DNA of 64,000 nucleotides. Source: Paramecium tetraurelia (lineage: Eukaryota). Made by a program: the position numbers and the translations under genes. This document shows positions 43,001-54,126 of the stretch, piece after piece; position 1 is the first letter of the stretch, and each line of letters begins with the position of its first letter. The DNA lies in the NCBI GenBank assembly GCA_000165425.1, contig CT868296.1, positions 62,001-126,000 on the forward strand, in the 5' to 3' direction. The notes below the pieces were generated by a model. That model saw only the letters and a program-made list of their open reading frames with translations. It was not told where the DNA came from and ran no database searches.

Positions 43001-45167
43001 GAGAAGAAGGAGGGAAGTGAAGAATTGACAGAATGGGATTATTTATATGGAGTTAGCGAGTTATTTACTCTTAATAGAAAGAGAAATCAAATGATATTGA
43101 TTAATGATGTGATATTTTCAATGAAAAGATAATTTAATGCTGAGTTTGAATTGATCTAAAAATAGAGATAATAATAATTGGATAATATTAATGAAAGAAA
43201 TAAGAGAATTATTGAAATTAATGGAGAATTGAAGAGAGATCCTCAATTACAATTAATGAAAAAGAATATTTTGGAGGACCCAGAAAAAATATTGATTGTT
43301 AAACCAGAAGAAATAGGATTCCAATAATATGAGACAAGAGAAATGAGAGAGAAGAAGGAATAAGAAAGATTGAAAGAAGAAGCTCGTTTGAAGGCTTTGA
43401 TGGCAGATGATTCAGGAGTTAGAGCAGTTAAAGACATGATGGGAGGTACCTTGGAAGAAAAGAAGGAAACTCCATTAGATGAGAAATTAGAAGTAGAAGA
43501 ATGGATGAAGAAGAGTCCAGATGATATGACAGAGGAGGAGAGAATGAAATTAAAAGAATTTGAAGTTAGGAAGTAGAAGTTGGAAGAAGAAAAAGAGAAG
43601 ATTCGTAAAAACTTAGAAGCTGAACTCAAAAAATTGAATAATGAAATTACTGATATTTGTTAAAGATTTGATGATAAATTGTTAATTCTATTTAGAAGGA
43701 AATTAGAATATGATTATAGAATACTTGAATAAGAATTATCAATTGTAAGATTGGCATTATCTATTATTATCTCATAATAGGCTTAATTGAGAGTTTCAGA
43801 ATTGGAGAAATTGCATGATGAGATGACTGCTCAATTAAACCAATTGCAATAAATGAAGAATAATCTAGATTAAACTAGAGATTTGACATAATAACAAAGG
43901 AAGACTTTGAATGATTAAATTGTCAATTACTTCAATAGAGGCTAGACTGCCGGTATGGATGCAAACAAAGTTAAGATCCTTTGGCAATATGCTTTTGAAG
44001 ATTAGAAGACCAATGAAAGAGCAAAATAGGAATAAGATGAAAAATTGTTAAAAATTCAAAAATATAAGGATGTACTTATCTAAATTGATCCTTTGTTTGA
44101 AAATCAAAAGAAAATCATTTCTGCATAATTGGATGAATAATTTGAAACCTACTTATTTGATATCCAAGAAAAAGCCAGCAATTTATAAGGAATTGATTTT
44201 GAACATGTTCGTGATCAATTATTGTAAGTTCTAAGTTAAAGATTCAGAATGAAATTAGATTATGAAAAAATTGATAAGGATTCTAATGATCTTGAAAATT
44301 TCAATAAAAAGTTTGAATAAGAATTTAATCAATTATCTTCCTAACTCTAAAATAGTGAAGAAGATATTTAGAGTCTACATAATATGCTTGAAAAGAGTAG
44401 ATCTAATATTGAAGTCATGTTCAGATTCAAATAAGGATATGTTGAAATCAGTCAAGATAAGCCAGTCCCTAATTTATAGGATGCAGCACTAATTCCTAGA
44501 GAAACTATTGAGAAAAAGAATGATGAAATCAAAAAGGAAGGAGATACTAAAATTGAATTGATGAAAGATATTATCAAAAGTAAATATTAAGTTGAAAAAA
44601 ATGAATATGACCTAAAGAAGAGAGATCTCATTATATAGGATTTAGAATGCAAGACTAGAGAAGTCTAATTGTTGAAAGTTAAAAAAGAAATGCAAATTGC
44701 TTTAACCAAAGATGACACCAGATTGAATGAGAGAGAACTGGCTAACCTAAAAGATTAGATTGATCTTTTAAAGAGTGCTACTGATAAGAGATTATAGATT
44801 ATTAACAAGAAGAGAGAGAAGATTGAAAAAGATATCGATTTCATTAAAAAGGAGAATCAATAATTGATTGGATAAGGAGGAGTTTTATCTGTATCTATTT
44901 TATATTATTATAGGGAAATGTCAAATAATTATAAGATATCTCAGATATGTAGAATAAAAAGAATGTTAGGTAAGGAGAAGAATAATAAGAACCATAAGAA
45001 GACAAATTTACGTATTTACATATTTTATATATTTTAGTTAAATTGCTCGAAATTACAGACTATTTAAGAAAGCCAAGGAATAGGCCGAAGAAATCGAGAT
45101 TTTGAGAGACGAGCTTACAAAACTTAAAGCTAAGACATTTGCTAATTTCTAATAAGTTCACCGCTGA
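40090..45167 (+). CDS. CFAP43: Cilia- and flagella-associated protein 43 (WD40 + coiled coil)
   Basis: N-terminal WD-like repeats, RAVKDMMGGTLEEKKE..EEWMKKSPDDMTEEE, NIEVMFRFKQGYVE, C-terminal LKAKTFANF. Confidence 0.85.
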
Positions 45168-45870
45168 TATAATCAAATTTATAAAAATTAATTACAATTA
45201 ATGAAACTTGTGATAGTATATGTTAAACTTACTATTATGAAATTTTAAGTAATTCAAAAAGACATTGGGTTATTTTATTCTCTAACTTCTATGAGAACGG
45301 ATCATTATTAAAACTAAAACGCTTAATATTTAATATTGACATTAGCATTTATAATAATGTTTTTGATTTTATACCTCATTTTTGGCAATTTTGTTCTATT
45401 TCTCTTTCTCTTTGATTAAACTAATATTTCTTCGAATTATAAGTTTTTTTAATAATTTACAGATATATAATATAAATAATTAAAATATTTATTAAATATT
45501 TTATTATCGAAATTGATAACAGATTCGAGGAACTATATTAAATCCAAGGTTGGTAATAACGAACTAAAAATAGATAGGATATGTAATTCTTATTGATTTA
45601 AATGAATTGAAATCTTTTAATTCAGAAAATATTTTGAGCCATTTAAACTATTTATTTTCTATTCAATTTAATTTTTTATTTTTTATTGATGTTCATCATT
45701 TATTAAATTGAAATTAATTGGCTTGCAATCCTTCCAATTAAAGATTATGATTATGTTACCCAAAATAGATTAAACTTACATTTCAAGTTAACAGAAATTT
45801 ATATTTACATTTTTTTAGAACACAATTATTTAAAGTTTTTATTTATTCTTTCGCCTTAATAATTAAATCC

Positions 45871-47566
45871 ATGATCCAAATATTTCTTAGATGTTTTAGG
45901 AACTTAAGAATGAAATTGCAAGTGTTGATAATAATTTTACCGATCCTCGCGTTAACTATGTTGTTGGTTGGGTTAACTAGCTATATATAATCTACAGTAA
46001 TTTTTAATTTACTTGAAAACTAATCAAACCACTTATTGATGTATTAAGAATATAAAGCCCTATCCCAAGTAGCTTTGGAATTGCAAACATATATCGGATA
46101 TAAGCATAAATTTTGTAAATTTTCAATTAATTATTAGATATCTCCAGATTAGGTCACTTAAATTAGTTATTCAGCTTTATTTAATAAAATGGGAGAGATT
46201 CAAACATGAATCATTTAAAAAGTTGCCTAAGACTAGAGGACATATAAAATAATTTTATAGAGTTTGATTTACCTTAATTTTGTTATTTTGCCTGTGGATC
46301 AAATGATAAAGTATCATTGCCTTAAGAAAATCAACTGATAAAGATCTTCAATCAAACAACTTAGTTGATTAATTAGTTTACTATTGCTTTGGATGCAACA
46401 GAAAATTCATTAATTGCAATGGTAGATTTTTCAGATACTATTTATTTTGCTGCCTACCCTCATATTTATTTGAATTTGTAATACAATCCTCTTAAAAGAC
46501 CTTGGTAATTATCACCATAAACAAAAGGTACATAAGTCACATGAATGGATTGAAAACACATCCTGAGAACAACTACTTTTTCTCCCCTATATTTACGAAT
46601 TACGTCAAAAATATTTACTAGATGTCAATTACGTATTCTATATCTGGGACTTCTAATTCAAATATTGGTATAATTATGTAAAATATCGAATTAAATGATA
46701 CAAATATTAAAGAAACCCCCTACAATATTATTGTATCCAACGAGAATGGGGAGGTTGTACTATAAGGAATAGAATCCATAAAAAAAATGGTATATTGATT
46801 TCTTTAGATATTAGATATACATTAAGGATGATGTTTTGTTTATCAATGATACAAACCAAACCGGTTTCAATGATACTGATTGGTAATAAATCAAAAAAGT
46901 CGCTTCAGGAGAAGAAATTGAGAATAGATGTAACACGTATAATGCCAATGCATTCTGTTTATACAACAAATTCTTTTAATAATTCGTTTTAGTGAATGCA
47001 ACTAGAATTAAAGAGGGCAGCTTTTATTTAATAATGTAATTGTAGCATAATTAATTAGATACTCCAATATCACTTCCCAAACCATATTAAATTAACAGTT
47101 AGCAACTATCAATTAGAATTTGTAGTCATAGTTATAGTAGAGTTAATATGTCATTTTCTTTTCAGGAATCTCTTTATTATTTTTGTCCATTTTAATCATC
47201 CATTAAATGTTCCTCCCTTTAACAGATCTTATGAGAACTCTCTTCTTTTATATTAAGTCCACAGGAAACAATATTAATAAGGAAATATTTTAATTGTTAA
47301 ATACTCAAAAGAAGACAAGAAAGAATAATATATTTTCAGATTTAATGCAATAATTTTTGAGGTTTGAAGCAAAACTAAATGGTAGTCAATAGAATAAAAA
47401 TAAAGAGTGCTTATACTTTGAATAAATCGAATATTAAAAATAACCATAAAGTGAACTTATTAGTCCTTTAAATCTTAGTTTAAATAATATCTCAAATGAT
47501 TATTTGACTATGTGCAAGATTAAAAATATATTTGATTTATTAAAACTTAAATTATTTAATTTCTGA
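45871..47566 (+). CDS. TM-Cache-like-TM membrane protein A
   Basis: N-terminal TM (VLIIILPILALTMLLVGL), YNPLKRPWY..FFSPIF Cache-type motif, second TM near 47120-47190; several introns. Confidence 0.7.
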
Positions 47567-47608
47567 ATTTACATTATTCTAAAAATAACAAAATCATTAT
47601 AAACTATT

Positions 47609-49205
47609 ATGCTAAGGAGATAGTGGAAAACCTTGAAAATTAGATCCTAAATCTCAATATTTCTATTTGTTACTTAAATATTGATTCTTTCATTAATAAT
47701 AGGACTTCTGTATATAAATTTGAGTTTTTTGGAATTTTACATTGAAAAAACCTCAACAAAAATATTAGTTTAATAAGAATTGAATCTCCAAACCAAATTA
47801 ATGAATTATTCTATTACAGACACGAAACTTTAATTATATAGAAGCTTAAACTAAATTTACAGAGTTAAATATCTCTTCCAAAAAATTGAAATGGAAAAAA
47901 TTAACTTTCTATTTCCAACATATAACTGTTTACAAAATTTTACAAATCTAGATGACTATGCATATTAGTATTCGTTCTGCTATGGAGAATTTGGATTGGC
48001 AACCGCTGAATCCAATTCTATTGAATCCTTTAAGAATTTAACAAGTAGTTTGACAATATTATTGCACTTATTGGATTGGGACTTAGATTTGTCAATATGT
48101 ACTAATACCTAAGAATAATATTTTGCACTATGGCCCGGCGATAAATTTATAGACTATAAACCATAAATAAGACCATGGTACCTATCACATTTAAGGTAAA
48201 TGTAAACGAATCCGAATCAAGAAGTATTTTTTAGTGATCCATTTGTATTTTGGACTTGGAATGTCGTGATGATTAGTCAAACTCTTACACTGAAATCTTA
48301 AAGTGGTGAATTTTAAGGGATAGCAGCAACAGATTTGAACTTGACTCTTTTCTAAAATCTGAATAATCTCTATAAACAATCAAACCGGCTGTTTACTTTA
48401 AGCGATGGTAAGATTTTGATATCAAATACTAATTTCACCTTTGGTAATTACATTTACAATGAATCAACTATTGGGTTAAATTACGAGGACTTCATTCACA
48501 TTTAACGCTATCTACAGAATGAAAGCTACACTAGCAATTGCCTCAAACTTAATTAATATCTTGGATATGATATTTTTTGTAGGTACAATTAGGTTTTCTA
48601 GTAGGATTAAGTAATATTTGCTAAAAATTTAGGGATATCAAACTTAAATTTAATAATGTAAATTTAAATATTGATGTAGCATATTTGATATACTTTAAAA
48701 TTATGAACTTATTTTAAAAAGCTTAGATGGAATTAAAGGAAGGTTCTTAGAAATCTCTGCATATTCATTTTTCTTTATCATAATCATAATATTCTTATCT
48801 TTTCTGGTAAATCTGATAGTCATTAAATTCATCACTAAGCCATTGCAGAATGTAGTAACATCAGTATAACAATACATAAGATCAAGTGGATTTATTTACG
48901 ATCGACAAAAGACAAGGAAAATAATTAGAGAGAACAATCAAAATGATATGTGCAGGTCATTAAGCAATGTTCTTAATCATTTCCAAATTTAAAATAGTGA
49001 ATTTCAAAAGTAGTAGTTAATGACCTCATAATATCCTTTAAACTACTACAACTTCTCAAAATTTTATAAGACTTCAGATTTTAATGTAAATATTTCTACT
49101 TAATTTAGCATATCCCAGATTCTTACCTTTAGTAATAAGACATAATTGATATGGTTATCAAATTATTATAATAGCAGTCAGCCTCGTGATCATTATTTTG
49201 ATTGA
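47609..49205 (+). CDS. TM-Cache-like-TM membrane protein B
   Basis: TM ISIFLFVTQILILSLIIGLLYI, YKPQIRPWY..FSDPFV..GIAATDL, second TM ending FITKPLQ (HAMP-like start). Confidence 0.72.
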
Positions 49206-49797
49206 TTAAAATAGGTTTTATTTAAGTTTTTATTTTTAAATTTATTAATTCTTTAAGAAGGGTTGAGGTTGAATTCCCAGAAATTAACAAACTGCTTGAG
49301 AACATGATAGACTCTTATTTAACTGAGTTTAAATTAAAGAAGATGTAGATATGAGAAACACTAAGTAGAATTAAGATAGACTGCTGGATATTATGCAATA
49401 AATATAACATAATTGAAAATAAAAAAATGAAACCTCTAAATCTACTAATTTATAGTAGTATCAGATATCTTTGTACTTCCAGCATAATATTATGTTATAA
49501 AGAATACTGATTACACTTAAAATTAGGTATGAGCTTATAAATCTATATTAAGGAAGAAAGTGGATGATAGAAATCACATAAATTAATGATTAAAAGCTGT
49601 TCACTAGATAAAGTATTATTGATGTGAAAATATATAATCCAAAATTCTATTAAAATTGATAATAGTTCAAAACTTTAAGTATCAGATATTTCTAAGAGAG
49701 GAAATAGCAAATTGTCAAATTCAAGAAAAGAGGAGGTGTCTGACATTCCCACAGATTTTAACTAATTTATGATTATTTTTCAATATTAAATTAATAA

Positions 49798-50052
49798 ATG
49801 TCGTAGGATATCGTTTGTACTATTGAATATCCAGGGGGAAATAAAAAGTTTACGGTGTAATTGAGTTATGAAATTACTCCAGCAGAACTAATAGAAGAGT
49901 TTAAATCTCAAATAGTAACGAACTCAAATAAGATAATGCTCTATTGTAACCAGAAGCTGCTGGATCCGAATGTTCCATTTCGCAAATAAAATGTTTAAAA
50001 TGGTGCCACTATTTTAATGAATGTTGAAGTGGAAGGAGGAGGAGATTTTTGA
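49798..50052 (+). CDS. Divergent ubiquitin-like protein (84 aa)
   Basis: MSQDIVCTIEYPGGNKKFTVQLS..LYCNQKLLDPNVPFRKQNVQNGATILMNVEVEGGGDF; beta-grasp pattern with di-Gly near the C-terminus. Confidence 0.75.
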
Positions 50053-50087
50053 GAGATCTTATTAGATAATATAATATTAATTTAAAT

Positions 50088-50989
50088 ATGTTCAAGTGTT
50101 TGTCTAGAAAATTAGAGATTGCGAACAGGCCTTAGATTTATAGATTAAGCAAGGGGAAATACAAAGAAGAAGAATTAATTGATGCAGGTGGGTACTCTCA
50201 GATTTGGAAATGTGAAGGGTTTGCCATAAAAAGGATGTTGATTCATTCTCAAGAAACCTACTTGATGGCTAAGTAGGAGATTAATATTATGGTATTGATA
50301 TAAGAATGAATAAGAAGAAAAGATTACCGGAACACCCAAATATAGTGAGATTGATTGATTATGGGGAAGTAAAGATTCAAAATAAGCTGTTCTTTTGCAT
50401 TGTGATGGAGTTGTGTGAAATGAACTTATAAGCAATGCTGACGTAAGAGATGTTAACGGAGAGCAGAATAATAGAAATATTTAAATAGATTCTGGATGGA
50501 TTAGAAGTATTACATGCAGAATAGATTAGTCATAGAGATTTGAAGTTGGAAAACATAATGATCAGACGAGGTACTTGCAAGATATGCGATTTTGGGTCAG
50601 CATCAAATGAGATTATTGATCTGAATGTATTGAGTTAGACTCAATTGAGTGAGATGGAAGAACAATTCAGTAAAATAACAACCATTACTTGCAGACCTCC
50701 TGAAATGATTGATGTGTTTAAACGGCAAATCATAGATTTCAAAGTTGATATTTGGCAATTAGGATGCATCCTATATAGTTTATGTTTTAGAAAGTCTCCA
50801 TTTTAAGATATCAACAAAGTGTCCATTGCACAAGCTGAGTTTGAAATTCCACAATCTTAATTATCATAGAAGACTGTGTCATTGATTTAGAAGATGTTGC
50901 AATTGGATCCCAAAAAGAGACCCAATCTCAAAGAATTGAAATTATTCCTTTATAGTAGAGAGATTGATGATGGCGATGATTTTTAATGA
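50088..50989 (+). CDS. NAK-family (AAK1/GAK-like) protein kinase
   Basis: FAIKRM, HRDLKLEN, KICDFGSA, TTITCRPPEMID, DIWQLGCILYSLCF..SPF. Confidence 0.85.
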
Positions 50990-51025
50990 AATAAATAATA
51001 ATAATTCTCAATATAAAATAAATTA

Positions 51026-52254
51026 ATGAGTGGTCTTTACAATTAGTTCGATCTCAATAACTTCTTGCCAAGCGCATATGTAGTGGAAGCCTTACCGTTG
51101 TGTTCCATCCAAGAAAATTAAGTTAGATCTGAGAGAGTGGGGGACCAAGATGCTCGCATCTACAGTGTGTACAATCAGAGCAAAGATAGAATCACGCAAT
51201 AAACCAATCTGGTAGATAAGATTGCCAGATTCGTTAAAGAGGATGAAGAGAAAGAAGAAGATCCAGAACAATCAGCTGAAGTGCAGACCAGATACTTTAA
51301 TCTCGATAGTATTGATGTACTCTCGAAGGGAGTATGTAGAAGATGCAAAAAAGTAATTGCTAGTGATAACCAAAGCCTGGCCATTTTGAAAAATGGTGTG
51401 TTGAAGACATTGCTGAATCTAAAGTGACTTGTCGATTTTGCTTGGGAGATCATTATTTTTTAAAATGCCCTAATAGTTTGTGTTTCAAGTGCAACCAAGC
51501 TGGACATATGGCAAAGGATTGTGATGTAGAGGGTATCAAATGTCATAGATGCAACAAAAAGGGACACAAATCTAAAGATTGTAATGTTATCATTATAGAT
51601 GATGAAAATGTATTTGAAAAGGACAAGTAAAGATTAAAGGATCTCTTGTGTTTGAACTGTCAAGAGAGAGGACATTTGAATTGTTTCTCAAAAGGATACA
51701 AGAAATACGATCTACTATACTGTGAAGGCAAGGAATTAAGAGAAAGGGAAAAAATGAATAGAACCGATCATTCTTCAAAGGATAAACATAACAGTTAACA
51801 TCATAATAATTAGGATCGTCATTAACATCACAATAATTAGGATCGTCATTAATATCATAATAATTAGGATCGTCATTAATATCATAATAATTAAGATCGT
51901 CATTAACATCAGAATGATTAAGATCGTAATTAACATCGTCATCATTAACATAATAATTAACATCATCATTAACATGATAATCATCACAATCATTAATAAC
52001 ATAATAATTAATATGACAATCATCATCAATAAAATCATTAACAATCACATAAATAAAAACATTTGAAAGAATAAACCCAAAATTTACCTCATAAAGTCAA
52101 TAAAACAATCTAAAAATAAAAGTATCAGCAATAAGACTCATCTTCACAATATTCCATGTGGTCAGAAGAATCTCCAAATACTAAAAGGATGAATAATAAT
52201 AAATAAAGAAAAAATAAGATTAAATAGAAAAAGCATTTCAAATAATTTAATTGA
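51026..52254 (+). CDS. CCHC zinc-knuckle protein (Air1/ZCCHC7-like) with Q/H/N low-complexity tail
   Basis: Five knuckles including CRFCLGDHYFLKC, CFKCNQAGHMAKDC, CHRCNKKGHKSKDC and CLNCQERGHLNC. Confidence 0.85.
51796..52050 (+). repeat. Coding 27-bp minisatellite (peptide QHHNNQDRH x ~5, then degenerate)
   Basis: Unit taacatcataataattaggatcgtcat repeated within the zinc-knuckle gene. Confidence 0.85.
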
Positions 52255-52264
52255 TTATATTATT

Positions 52265-53746
52265 ATGTTTAATAAACCTTAAGAATATGCCGCACAAAAA
52301 AAAGAAGCCTTTCGATCTGAAATCCGTAGAATAGACAGAGAACGAATATTTAATTAAAAAAGGATTTTAATTCATTAACAGAATGAAATGAAAGAAAAAG
52401 ACGATTTAGAATTAACCAACTTAATACCATAAATTATATTATGCCAATAGAATCAGAATATCAAGGAATTAAAACAACTTCATCGATTTGCATTCAATTC
52501 CATCTCAACCAACAATCTTAACTAAATTACTTAGAATCAAGAATTCCTAATTAAAAATAACTACTTATAACACAGCCTCCCAAGTTTGATCATTAAAGAA
52601 GTCCAATGTGAAGTCATTAGAACCCTGGCTAATTCATGTAATCATCCTCTGTTTTTATAATAATAACCTTAAAATTTACTCCAATCTTTAGAAGTTTCAT
52701 ATTAACTACTCCTATCCTTAACAGATACTTAGGATATAAGCGATGTATTCATTATAACTATTTTTTAGATTCTTATATATTTAGGCAATATCTCCAACAG
52801 ATGGCCAGAGATCTGCTAATATTTAATTAAGAGTTTTGATCGTATGTTAGAATTAAGTTCTTCAAATGACAGTAATCTATATAGAAATATTTGTTTCTGT
52901 ATGCATAATATATGTTATGTTATGGATAATCAAAATTTAAGCGTGAAAGATGTAATTGATAGTATTAGCTTAAATTAGAGAATCACCTGCTTAAAAGTAA
53001 TAGACAAAGGAGTTAACAGGAATGATTGCGATTTCTTACAAAATGAAATATTGCATCCTTTGACTGTATTGTATTTCCAAAATGAAGAAATTGATAAGTA
53101 CTTGATGAGTTCAAAAATAGTACAATATGTAATTACAACTTTAAAAGGAGAATTTGTAGAAACAACTTTGCAAGTTTTGAAATAGTTTTCATTAACTGAA
53201 ACCATAAGCTTTTCGAATGTATGTGTTCAAATGATATAATAATAGTTTCTAATTGAATAGGATATTTTGGGGATAGCTTACGAGTATAGCAACAATCGAA
53301 AGAAGTAAATTAGAAAATTTTCATTCCTAATTGTGATCAATCTGGCTTATAATGATAGTAAAATCTCAAATAAAATTGTTAAACATAAAATCATCAATAG
53401 AGTTATTAATGGCTTAAATGCATCAGGAATATAGGAAAAGCAAAATTGCATTCAAGTCATCCAAAACCTACAAAAGACAGGGGACAATGCAGTGTTTTAA
53501 ACTCTGATAGAATTGGGTACAGTAGAAATCATAGGAAATTTGATTGATGAAGTGGATACAGTAGTTTTAAAAATCTTTGTAGATGCTCTTTGTAGATTTC
53601 TAAACTATGCAAAAGAAGTTCAATCCAATAAAGTGATTGAGGATATCAAGAAGATTAAACCTAAATTAGAATTAATATATAACGACAACAAAGATCCAAA
53701 ATTTTAAGATCTATTTCAATTGTTTTTATAGCTCTTATAATAATGA
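52265..53746 (+). CDS. Divergent importin-alpha-like ARM-repeat protein
   Basis: IBB-like EAFRSEIRRIDRERIFNQKR and ARM-like segments (IRTLANS, LGNISN, VINLAY); short introns. Confidence 0.7.
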
Positions 53747-53824
53747 TGTTATATTTTATAAGTAATATAAAAATCATAAATCTCAAGTCGTTCATAAGAA
53801 AATACAGGGCATTTAGTTTAATAC

Positions 53825-53898
53825 GCCCGGATAGCTCAGCTTGGTAGAGCGAGAGACTCTTAATCTCTAGGTCCAGGGATCGAGACCCTGTTCGGGCG
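53825..53898 (+). tRNA. tRNA-Lys(CTT)
   Basis: Cloverleaf: acceptor GCCCGGA/TTCGGGC, D-arm GCTC/GAGC, anticodon arm AGAGA-CT-CTT-AA-TCTCT, T-arm CAGGG/CCCTG, discriminator G. Confidence 0.93.
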
Positions 53899-53902
53899 TA
53901 AA

Positions 53903-53908
53903 TTTTTT
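53903..53908 (+). terminator. Pol III oligo-T terminator of tRNA-Lys
   Basis: T6 run 4 nt after the tRNA 3' end. Confidence 0.6.
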
Positions 53909-54126
53909 ATTTTTATAATTTAATTAATTAATAATTGATTAATAATTATTAAATATTAAATTTTAAATTACATTCATTTATACTCATAAAGCAACTAATA
54001 AATGATATTCATTTTTATAGAAGACTTAGTATTAATAATAGACAATAAATGGAAAAAATTAAACGGAGTGGTTTGGAAGGAATATAAATTATAATTGATT
54101 GGATAATATATATGAAAATGATATAA

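Noticed and set aside
42766..43629. Minus-strand Tyr/Ser/Phe-rich ORFs
   Set aside because: Antisense shadows of Q/E/K-rich CFAP43 sequence.
49210..49790. Possible gene between Cache protein B and the Ubl gene
   Set aside because: Multiple TGAs and no consistent exon model.
51593..52048. Minus-strand 151-aa and 89-aa ORFs (DDPNYY / MMLI repeats) in the ORF track
   Set aside because: Antisense shadows of the coding 27-bp repeat in the + strand zinc-knuckle gene.
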